From positions 8,556,001 to 8,620,000 of the forward strand of contig NC_045138.2 in the NCBI RefSeq assembly GCF_008831285.2: a stretch of 64,000 nucleotides of DNA, in the 5' to 3' direction. Below are positions 1 through 11,700 of the stretch, piece by piece. This stretch comes from Nymphaea colorata (lineage: Eukaryota). The position numbers and the translations under genes are program-made. How positions within the stretch are numbered: position 1 is the stretch's first letter; each line of letters begins with the position of its first letter. The notes under the pieces were generated by a model that ran no database searches, was not told the origin of the DNA, and saw nothing but the letters and a program-made list of their open reading frames with translations.

Positions 1-2065
1 TCGTCTTCTCCGTCCACTGCCCTGCCTCCTCCCTGTAGACTTGCTTATTTGATCTCTGGTACTGTCGGTGACGGCGAGAGGTTGAAGAGGACTCTTCAAG
101 CGGTGTACCATCCTCTTAACAGCTACGTAGTTCATCTGGATCTCGAGGCGCCCCCGAAGGAGAGGATTTCGCTTTTCAATTACGTAAGGAAAGATCCGGT
201 GTTTTCGAGATTCAAGAATGTTCATGTGATTACGAAGTCGAATCTCGTCACTTACAGAGGGTCGACGATGGTGGCCAACACGCTGCACGCTGCGGCATTG
301 CTGCTGAAGAAGGGGGGAGAGTGGGATTGGTTCATTAACCTCAGTGCTTCGGACTACCCTCTTGTCACTCAAGATGGTATGTCGTTTTCTCTTTGGAATT
401 CAGAGGTTTCAAGATTTTGATTCTTGCGTAGGGAGTTGCTTGATTTCGAAGGCAAGTATACATTTCCTGTTTGTACCTAATTTTACTTTTTCTTTTGTTT
501 GTCAAGATCTGTTGCACACCTTTTCATATTTGCCGCGTGATTTGAACTTCATTGAGCACACGAGTAATATTGGATGGAAAGAGTATGTAAACATTCGACT
601 CTTCGTGATTGTTTCTTTTTGTGATTCTTAAATTTTCGTGACTTGACCTATCTTGCTGAGGGAGTTGGACAACTTAATGAATGCAGATTCCAGAGAGCTA
701 AGCCCATTATAATAGATCCTGGACTCTACTTGACGAAGAAAGCAGACGTTTTCTGGGTGACACAGAGAAGGAGTGTCCCTACTGCATTTAAACTCTTCAC
801 AGGTGAGGTCCTGTCTGTGTTGCTACTTGTTCGGTCGATATCTTTATACTGCTGTCAGCTACACTCGAGATCCTTTATTCTTTGTCCTTAGTTTTTTCTG
901 GTCCAGTTCTGGTTATGTCTTATGTGAATGATGGTTCTCTATGCTTGTTCAGCATGAGATACCTGATGTTATAAGCTGCTTTTCTGGTTCGTGGGGGAAT
1001 GTATGTGGGTGCAGAGATGCTGACAGGCATTCATGTGTGTTTTGCCTTTCATTGTTTTCTTGTCCTCTTTTTATTTTATATTCATGAATCTTATTTGAAA
1101 GAGGAACAGGTGGGCGGAATAATGATGACAAGCATTCATACTATCTTTTCCCCCTTTCTTTGTTCTTCTAGTTGATTCTATCTCTTACGGTACTGATTAC
1201 TGGTTTTGACCTTCTTCTTTCATGGATAAATTCTTTATATTTTTGTGTCATATTACTGTTTGTATTTCTTGGTAAGTATGGTGCTTTTAACTTGTTAGAT
1301 GCTTTGTGAACATGATGGTTCCATCAGATTTCTTTTTACAACCGGTTTGATGATTATTCTGGAAGAAGTAACTCCTTGATTAGTATGTTTTATGACTTTG
1401 GTTGCCTTTAACAACTTATAAAATTGTAGAGTAACAAAAGAACATGTAGGGAGCAATGAGAACACACTTACCCGCTGGGGCCATGATCTTATAGATATAG
1501 TGGCTGTATCTCAAAATGAAAATGTCTAACCATGGCCAGCTTTTGATCTAGATTTGAAACCATTAGAATGATGCCATATTTTCAAATGGCCAAATTTCTA
1601 TTATTGGATAATCCCAAAAATTTCATTATTTTTCTATCTTTAAAGCACCCAGTTCTGTAAGATCTTCCTCTTCAGGAAACAATTTTCCCACTGAGACCAT
1701 GTAAGTGTTACAACATTTATATTTTATAATAGGGTTGGAATTCTCAGGTAGTTGGTAGCTATGCTGACTATTTAGTTGTTAGGGTTCCACCAGTATGCTC
1801 CAGAATCAGACATGAATAAAGAATAGCACCACATTCCAATGAACATTAGGACTTTGTTTCTTTTTTTCTATATTCACTGGCCTTACTACCTTGTTTGTCT
1901 GTCCAGACCTTCTGATTCCAGGTGATGAGACCTATATGATCATCTTTTACAGTGAAATATCCCATTTGTGATCATGTTTTCTTCATATGTAGCACCTATG
2001 TCACATGGGTGCGGGCGCAGGTGCGGACAAAATTCAAAATCGTGGGTACGTGGGTACGGCTGGCC

Positions 2066-2118
<53 letters not shown>

Positions 2119-4846
2119 TACACACACACAATATGAAAAAATACATTCATTAAGATTACAATCCAATACAATGCATATAATTATATTGTAATGTATTGAA
2201 TATATACAAATTCTATGTTGTATATTGAACATATAATCATAGATATAGCAATACACGGGTGCGGCTGTGCGCCTGAAGTGTCGGAGGCATGTCTGTACCC
2301 GCACCCGTGTCCAGGCAAGTCAACACCGACACTTCAGGTGCACAGGCGCACACGTGTATCAGAGTGTAATACATATACAATTTTTTTTAATAGCTTGAAA
2401 CATCTCCTTGGAGAACAATGCTGATGGTTGAGATGTTTGATGACAGTTGTTCCAAGAAGATCCATTAACCTTCTAAATGGGCATCGTGAAAAACGTTGTC
2501 TAGTGATATCAAATTTTTAGTCTTTCAGTAATAAAAAGTTGTGAAGGTCTGTTTGAGAGCATTATTTTTTCTTATTACAATTAAATGTGATTTTAATTTT
2601 AAAAAATGGTTTTGTTCATCTTCAGAGTATGTATGTATGTATGTATGTATTATGCGGTCAGCATTCTATGCATCCTTTTCAAAACCTGACCATATAGATG
2701 GCTGCTGAATATCCAAAAATATTGGGCTTGAGAAAAAAACCGAACAATGAACATGTGATGTATAGATTCAATTTTATAAGCGGAAAAAGAAACTTTTGAT
2801 TATAAATTTTTTCTAAAATCTGATCTAAAATTTCTGTTCATGGCTTTTCTTGTTGATCACATAGTTCTGGACATTTCCTAAGTCCTATCCATTATGTGCA
2901 ACTGGATCTAACAGTTGGAAAATGGGGAACCAGCCAATGTTTGGATGGCATTATTGATGGATCTTTGCATGTGTTGGCTAGATGTCCTTCCATCGTAATT
3001 TTTGAGAAATGATGTGTAATAGTCTAAAATATCAGTTTTGGTTTCTATAGGTGATTTTTTTTCTTGGATATTAATCAGAAGATTTTTTTTCCTTCAGGAT
3101 ATTTTGGGAATTCAGAAACCAAAGGTCAGAAATTTGAAATTATAAAGATTCTACTAATTTTCCTACAAAAGTCCTAACAAAAATTTAAAATAGTTATAGA
3201 ATTTTGGAAAAAACACAAAAGTTTAAAATATACTAAATTTTAATGATATTTTCCAAATATCAGAATGTTCTCTCTCTTTTATTTCATTTGCTTTTTTGGC
3301 ATTTTTATCACAATATTTAAAAACTATTGCTGATTTTTCTTGTGACTATGTTCTTAACAAGTGCATCCACTTCTCCATATCGCACAGATTTGAACTTTTT
3401 GATCACCTTTTGTCATCATAGACCCTGTAAAGCTTCTTTTCCTGCAATAGGAAAGCAGCATATAACAATGTTATCCGTATCGTACATTACACATGCATAT
3501 CGTACGATGCGTATCGTATAGGTCAAAGAAACCTATACGTTACGCTTGCGATACGTTATACGCTCGCGTATCGCCCGTATCATACGATACGGGCGATACA
3601 CCCCCGTATCATACGATATGGGTTAAAGCACAAAATTTTTTATTTTTTAGTTTAAACACTCCTCCCTCTCTCTCTTCTTGTATTTAATGACTCCAAGAGA
3701 CGTAGGAGGGAGAGATTTTGCCCATTTTCATAAAAAATAACCAAGGATTCATCGATTTGGGAGATATTATCGTTAAATCATGAAAGATGATAACTATGTT
3801 TTTTGAACTTATAAAATTGTGATGTAATCTAAGTCCTAAAACTCCAAGTCCTAAGACTCTAAGTTAAGATTCTATAAAATTTTCAAGTTTAAAATTATGA
3901 TGGATGCTTATTATGTTATTTTGAATATCTAATTTCTTGTTTTTGAATGTATTGTTGATACACATGAATGTTCCTTATGTATGAGGATCTTTTTTATATG
4001 TGAATACATTTTTCTTGATTCTTGATTTTTTGTTCATTTTTTTCAGATTTTTCTCTATTTTTTCTGATTTTTAAATATTTTTTAAAATTAAAAAATTGAT
4101 TTTACGATACGCTACGCTACGTATAGGTCGGCCCGACCGATACGCGATACGTTATGCCTGCCATATAATATCATGCCACGGGCCATTGTAAAATTGACAT
4201 GGAAATTAGGGTCATTATTATAGCGACCTGTTTATCTGGATGCGTTTGATCTCTCCCTGTACTTCAGTTATCTGCCTCTATATCTATGTGTTGAAAGTTG
4301 TAGGTGGTAACTTTTGCTGCTCTTTGTACAGGTTCTGCTTGGGTGGCACTTTCTCGGGCTTTCATCGAGTACTGCATATGGGGTTGGGACAATCTGCCAA
4401 GGACTGTTCTGATGTATTATGCTAATTTCCTTTCCTCCCCTGAAGGATACTTTCACACTGTTATATGTAATGCACATGAATTCAGGAACACGACTGTTAA
4501 CAGCGATTTGCATTACATATCTTGGGACAACCCTCCGAAGCAGCACCCTCACTACCTTACTCTGAACCATTCTCAACGCATGGTAGACAGTAATGCACCT
4601 TTTGCAAGGAAATTTTATAGAGATGATCCAGTGCTTGACAAGATTGATGCAAAGCTTTTAGATCGTGGCAGTGGAAGGCTCGTTCCAGGAGGCTGGTGTA
4701 TTGGAGACAGGGAAAATGGGAGTGATCCTTGCTCTGTCGTTGGTGATACAACAGTACTCAAGCCTGGTGCAGGCTCCTGGAGACTGGAGCACCTTATGGT
4801 GGATCTACTTTCAAAGGAAAAATTCAGACCAAGGCAGTGTGTTTGA
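1..4846 (+). CDS. GlcAT14: Glycosyltransferase family 14 (core-2/I-branching, beta-glucuronosyltransferase GlcAT14A/B-like), 5'-partial; coding exons <1-376, 507-582, 687-802, 4332-4846
   Basis: Spliced at GT-AG sites (G|GTATG..AAG|AT, GA|GTATG..CAG|A, G|GTGAG..CAG|GT), the exons give a continuous frame. It reads PPPCRLAYLISG...WDWFINLSASDYPLVTQDDLLHTFSYLPRDLNFIEHTSNIGWKEFQRAKPIIIDPGLY...FKLFTGSAW...WDNLPRTVLMYYANFLSSPEGYFHTVICN...WDNPPKQHP...RPRQCV*. These are recognisable plant GT14 motifs. Confidence 0.95.
1996..2375. mobile_element. Non-autonomous DNA transposon (MITE-like) in GT14 intron 3, with an internal (TA)n and a long hairpin
   Basis: GC-rich GGGTGCGG/GGGTACG subterminal motifs flank an AT-rich core with (TA)n at ~2068-2110. 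An inverted repeat ATACACGGGTGCGGCTGTGCGCCTGAAGTGTCGG / CCGACACTTCAGGTGCACAGGCGCACACGTGTAT lies at ~2251-2359. Ends are approximate. Confidence 0.6.
3466..4160. mobile_element. hAT-like non-autonomous element in GT14 intron 3
   Basis: CA...TG ends with imperfect TIRs (CAATGTTATCCGTATCG vs reverse complement CAGGCATAACGTATCG). Dense subterminal CGTATCG/CGATACG arrays occur at both ends. 8-bp flanking repeat GCATATAA (3458-3465) / CCATATAA (4161-4168). Confidence 0.75.
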
Positions 4847-6062
4847 AGAGGTGCTGCTGCTCTAGAAATGGCCATATGAGGTTTACCTTCCCATGCCTTG
4901 AGCCTGTCTTTGCGACTGCACAAGGTTGATTCTTTTGCTGGAGCTATTATTCTTGTAAATACTGTTGCAACTGGCATTGAAAGAGTTCATGTCCTACTCG
5001 GCCTGCAAGGAAAGTGGTGCCCTCTTTCTGCTGTCCCTGTATTCAAGCTTGCTCCACCTGGGCCTTTCTTTTCTGGCTTGCCTGGCCTCTATCATATGTT
5101 ACAGTGCTTTTATTGAATTAATACGATTCAGAGATAGATAATCCTTTTGCCTCAAAAAATGGGAGCTTTTGGTTGGACTCCTAATTTTTTACTGAACCTG
5201 CAAATTTGCCCTGACAAGGAAATGAATGAGCTTGGCAGCATTAAATATTGCCAAATTGAAGCACCAGGTCATCAGTTTTGCATTCTTTTTTGGTCTGGCA
5301 GAAACAATGGCCAACTCTGGTAGAAGGAACGAAGCTTTTTGATTTGTTACATGCAGCTGCTGGAAAGGTGCTGCTTATGCATCCTTGAGAAAAAGGCAAG
5401 CCTGCCCTTTATCAAGTTTTCATTTGACGCTACTGTGAGATTCGATAGGGGGAGACTTGTGATTTAACTGCTGCATTCCTTTTTATCTTTGTGATTTAGT
5501 TTCTTCATCCCTTTCTATGTTTATCTGTATCCAAAACAATTCTGAAAGACCATTATTGTGGACCGCCAACTGCTGCCTTCGCTGTTGCATTAGCAGCATT
5601 AAGCAGAATTACAAATTTATGTTCTGATACAGCAAGTCATTAGATCCAAATCCATTTCAATTTCCTGAGGCATTCATTAGATTCAGTTCCATTTCAATTC
5701 CTGTTTTCGGCAGATATAAGCTGTTTTCATCCGTAGTAGTAAGTTGGAAAACCGCAAGATTAGAGATAAAACAGTATGAGAATAATGGCAGCAATATTTT
5801 CTGCGGTTACTTGTGGTTGAAGTGGTACCATACATGAGAACCTGGAAAATGGAAACGCATCCGGTTCCAAGTGGTTCTAATTTAGGTCAAGCGTTAAACG
5901 GCTGCTACATCAGATGAATTAGATATCGTCTTTCAATTTGAATATGTGCATGTAGGGGGCAACAGATTTGTACTCAGAAGTCAGAACAACCATAATACTC
6001 TTGGCAATTGAGTTCAAAATTGAACATCTGAAATGGTAAAGAGAAATTTGAAACTGTGAATC

Positions 6063-6096
<34 letters not shown>

Positions 6097-8729
6097 TTTA
6101 CATGTATCGCTAAATTCAACTTTCTTAGCCAAGCTTGACAATACAATTATGGAACTGCATGTGGACTTCATCCGTTCTTGAAGAATTTCAGAAACAATTT
6201 CCAGCTTATACACATATATATGCAATGTTAAGATTGTTCAATAAACTTTTGTGTGCTTGTACTTTTACTCACTGTCCCTTGAACTCTTTTTTCAGGTACT
6301 TTTGAATTTTATATAAATCCAAACTACAAGAGTGTAATAAACTTTGTGAAACCCACATGTAACTTATATGTTCTTTAGTTGTATGCAGAAGTTGAAAAGA
6401 CAAACAACTTATTCCTAAGATTTTATTTTGAAAATCCAATTCTATGAAAAATCTTAGGAAGAACAAGGCATTTCAATATTCTCTCCAGAATCTTCTGAAA
6501 ATATACTAATAAATTTTCAAAATATAAATAAGACAAAAAAAACATAATAAAAATTTTCAAAATTCTATTAGACTGGAATTATTTATTTGTTTTAACAACT
6601 TAGCTTAGTTAGAAGTTAAATATGAACAAACTTTTGGGCTCGGAAGTTGGCTACACGAGTCAAAACTTCCATGACAAGGTCTGTGGCAGAGAGGAAATTG
6701 AGAAACTACCACATTGTTCATTATGTTCCTTCCTCTGAAATTAAGGGAGTCGTCGACTTAATTTGTCAGCTTATTCGGGCCCCCAGCAGAAGCTCCGGGA
6801 GTCCCTTTGTTAATGGGAATCGCAAGGACCGGACAGCCCATGCATCGGGCCTGTTGAAGACTTGGTTCTCATGGTACTGCCATATTTATCCCAGAAACTG
6901 CAATTAGCCGTTCCAATCAAAGATGAAGAAACCAAATCGTTAAAATGTTTTGTCATGAATCCAGCCCAACATATGAATACAGGACAAGCCAAACGATGCC
7001 CATGTTTACCATAATGAACATAAAAAAGAAGAAACTGCAGTGTACACAAAAATATAGTATTAGTATGGTATGCATAACATAGGATCTTTACAACAAAAGA
7101 TTTTATTGCCAAGATAAAATCCATTTTAAAGTAACTTTGTACTACAGACATAGTAAGAACGATTTGAGCACTCGATAACTGATATGTGCAAAGATTACAC
7201 ACTGTCATGTATCGATATATCAACAGAATTCAGCTCACAGAAGGTACTGTTCGCCTGACCAAACAACTGTCGTGCACGTATCACTTTGTGAACCGATAAC
7301 AGGTCGCTCATCTCGCAGCAAATGAACAAATGCACAATGCATGAAAAGGTTCAGTGAACAGTTTGCATGGAGAGCTTCTTCAAAGACAATAGTTCCCATC
7401 GGCATTGCACATAACAAATGCCAAATCTGCAGCAAAATGCCTATCTATTGAAGATTTGTCATTCTTGATATGATACATGCACTTATCTCTGACTCCTTCA
7501 AATCTTTGACGCCACCCCATATGGCTCGTGAACCTTTCCAATCCACCAGAGAAAAGAAAAAAGTTATATTGATGGTCAAGTGAACGTACATAACCTTTTC
7601 CAGTAAGTTGTGTTTAACAATAACATCGTTGAGTTTCTTTGTGCTGTCAAATCCATATCTATTCCAACGAAGTAAAAAATCCCATAAGCATTCTTCCACC
7701 TAGCCTTTATTCAACCAAGAGCACATAGATAAGTCGGCAAGATCTTATCATCATACACGTGTGTACGCATGCAATGCACAAAGATTCTACATTGGTTCTC
7801 GATCGTTTGTGGAAGAGAAAATGGTTCCAATGAGTTGAAGACAAACTCTCTCTCTCTCTCTCTCTGAAGGAAAAACATGCAAAATGCAAGGGATCAAAGT
7901 TCAACACCAAAATAATTTTCTAACTTCACCTTATGAGTTTGTATCAGGAGGTCATCAATGCAAAGTCGTGAGGTCCAAAACAGAATTTAATGTTCTAAGG
8001 ACACCTAATGATTAACATCAAGAGACGATCCTATCCAGATATTTATGCCATGATTAAGGGTCTTAGCATGCTTACATATTTTTAGTTTAAGTGGTCTTTC
8101 TGATAGCAAATTAAAAGATCACACATTGCTATTAAACTTCATAGTTGAATCATAGATAAAGAAATTTTACAGATGTTAAGTGGGCAAAAGAAAAATCATT
8201 TGTTTCTAACAGCCAATCTTGTTGGCAGTTGCAACCAGCCTATCACATTGATTTTGATGACTCAAGGTGCTCATACTCCTCATATTTCCTGATAAACATA
8301 TTGCTTGAGGGGAAACACACAAGCACACAGACACATATATACTCCACTAAATTTTAAGATTAATTCATCCTTCAAAAATGCACCGAACTTTCAGTTGTCC
8401 TAGTGGAGTGAAAAATATAACACTTGATTCAGAATATTCTTTTGCAATAACCAACATGTAGAGACACTGCGAATACAGGTAAACATCAACACTCTGCACC
8501 CAGAATCCAGTAAAACTGTGCAGCAAAAGTATTAGATTTCAATGGATTGAAGGATGTGTTGGTTATATCACTTTTTTCAATATAATGTGCTTAGGGAATA
8601 TCATTCTTTCAGGTCTTTCAAGCTTGATAAAGTTAATCTGGTATCCTAGCATTCTTTATTAATCAAACCATTAATTCCCATCTCTGAATACAGATATTGA
8701 TCAGAATAAACGAGATAATGGAGAAGAAT

Positions 8730-11700
8730 TCACACATTCGGCTCAAAATATGTTGCTTCTAACGACTGTGCTTTCTGCCTTGCCATCTCTTCATGTGCTG
8801 AACCAGCCAGCAGATATGCCTTCTCCTGGATAAGCCACAGAAGCATAGGTATGAAAAGCAAAATTATAAAAGCCAGTACTTAAATTGTTAATCATTACTT
8901 TTTGAAAGTGTGCATGATAAAACAATTCTTTTACAATAACAGTTACACAGAGGAGATTTTAATATCTATGTATAATCAATGCACCTAAGTATCAAAAGAC
9001 ATAGAACTCTGAAGAGTAGACCATGTGAGCAACAAGAAGTCACATGACAGATCATACAGGTAACAGGTTTCTAAAATTTAAATTGAAGTATCAAAAAAGG
9101 CATTGAAAATATTCAAAATTCTGTTTGATGGTAAAAAGAAGAAATATCTACAGAAAGATATCCATAAGAGAGGTTCCTATATTGTCCTACTACTAGAGGT
9201 GCAAAAGGAATGAAGTTCATCTGTGTCCTTGTGGTTCATTTGGGATTGACTCAAATTCACCCATTCAATTAATGGAACCATGGTTTATAGAACCACATTC
9301 TTCTTCATGTGAACAAACCAAGATTAAAATGGTTCTCGTTTGTCAATTAGGCTTATGAAATATTCTTGTATGTAACAATCACCTTAAATCACTATAGACA
9401 AACAAGCTACACAAAAGATGATGATAAGATGCAGAGAAAAACTTATGTAAACAAGCTGATATTGCAGTGAAACCATTTCACCATATGTATCCAGACATGA
9501 TAAAATACAACTGTGAACTTATATTCACAATGTCACATACTTGTGGTAGAGCCATTATGTCACATTCTGTTCAAATTGATTTATGATAGGTACAAAGGAA
9601 GATTAACTGCAGTCACTATATGCTTCAGACACTTGTATCATTTGTTAGACAAAGGAAGATTAAACTCAGGTTATACCAGTAAGCGCCATAGAAAAGGGAC
9701 TCCTTGTTGAACCTGGACACGCTTCTCCAGTTCACTGATTGCTGTGATGAAATTTTACAAGCTATCAGATACTAAAACACTAACTCTGTATAAATGATTG
9801 TTTGCTCTCATACCTTCAGAAACATATCCAGTACCCAACAAGATACTATACCATACTTCAGTAAAGACTTCCAGTTGCTCATCAGATGCTCCAATTACCT
9901 AACATCGAAGGCATCAATAATTTAATGCTGAGGGCATATGAAAGGCAAATATTTAATAGGAAACAAACTTGGATTGATACCTTATAATCAACTGCCGTAA
10001 ATTTTGGTCCAATAATGCCAAAAGCACGAAAATGATCCCCCCTTCCATATTCATACAATGCTTCTGCAAGCTGGAAGCAGATCAAAAATGAGGTAAGAAA
10101 CTGTTTAAGAAGGAACTAAGAACCTTTTTGTGTTTATCAATCAGGACAGTGTTCTCAGAGATCGTCCATGGAGTACTCATGAATAAATGTTGTGGTAACT
10201 TCTTAGACAAACATTTCACCAGGATAATTAGTCTAGTGGTAGAAAATGAATTCTATTTGTGAAAATATCATCAAGATTAAAGGCTACACCTATATTCCGT
10301 TGATTAAGGGAGTATTTTTTACACCCAATTGGATAATATTAGATTTTAACCATTCAGTCTTAACTCTAATGCTTTATATTTCCTTGATCGGTTCATATTC
10401 CCATAAAAAAAATTCTTCATCGACTAAATTGTAAAAGAATATGATTTTAACAATAGATTGCCTTTTTTGTGTGGCACCCTACACTTACAAACAAACTAGA
10501 AAAGAGAAGCAAGCTCGGCACCAAGAACTTGCTTAGATCAAAAGCTGAGAAACAATGAATAAGAAAAAGAAGCCAGACAAAAATAAGCAGCGCAGAAAAC
10601 GTGATGCAATGAAAGAGGGAACACATGGTATATGGTATTGGGATATAAAAAGTGATGGAAGATTCAAGTTGATCACTTGACATTTCCTTTTGTTAGATTT
10701 AAGCATGCCACTCACATACCATGATGATGCAAGATGACAGAACAAAAATTTTCTTGCCATGAAATGCTAACCATGTGGCATCTGCATAGCTCCCAAAGAC
10801 ACCAATTAAAATATGACAGCCCGGTCTGGTAAGACACTATCATGTCCAGGTAATACATATTGTTTTGTACATTGAGCTACCTAACTCTTAAAACAAAAAA
10901 TGAATGAAAAATTGAAGCACCTCTATAGGAGCTAGAATAGTGTGAATACATACAGATAGTGAAATAGCTTAAGTAAAAAATGTCAAATGAAGAAGAATAT
11001 TACAAACCAGAACTGCTTTCTCCATAGATTGCTGTTTCTTTTCAGTCAGTGAATGAAACCTAACAGCAATACAGTAGAATATAAGGTTGTGAACAACAGA
11101 AACACTAAAGCATAAGGTCCACTACTTACCTAGATCTGACGGCATTGAGCAAATCCTTCGCTTTTGAGAATTCCCCAGTACGAGAAAAGGCCCAAATTGC
11201 CAATATATCAAGCATCCAATCCCAACACCAAGTGGACTGGTCACCATAACATTCAATATTTAGACATAAAATCAATAGTATGCAATACATATAGCTAAGA
11301 TATGATCAACATATCCTTAAAAGATTACTTAGTAGTTAGTAGTCACATCTAGTAAAACATTCACAATAATTCAACAAAAAAGAAGCAATAGTCAGCAATA
11401 CTAGCCCCAAAGAAAATGAGGTAATAAGCGAGTAAAACAAACCTACTCATTTCTGAGCATTCCAATGCATTTAAAGCAAAATTATCCACATTATACTGGA
11501 TATACTTAAACCAGAAGATGAGAGCAAATTAGATGTCTCTTTTGTAAGTCAACAGTACCAATTATCACGCTGCATTGGTGGGGCCCGGGGAGGGGGTGTG
11601 GTGGTTGGGTTGGAGGATATGGGGGAGGAGAGATTGTGAGATGTACAACATTAATAAACAGTCATTAGCAGTCAGCCTCAATGTGATCAATATGCATATT

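Noticed and set aside
1940..2304. ORFs with YIYIYI runs (also 34017-34516 and 56163-56468)
   Set aside because: These are translations of (TA)n/(TG)n microsatellites.
4268..4977. Antisense ORFs over the last GT14 exon, and shifted or antisense ORFs inside the PPR gene (53443-55585)
   Set aside because: Shadow frames of real coding sequence with no recognisable motifs.
6640..7480. Moderately GC-rich patches between GT14 and TTC38 as a hidden gene or ncRNA
   Set aside because: I could not identify a spliceable frame, snoRNA box pair or tRNA fold.
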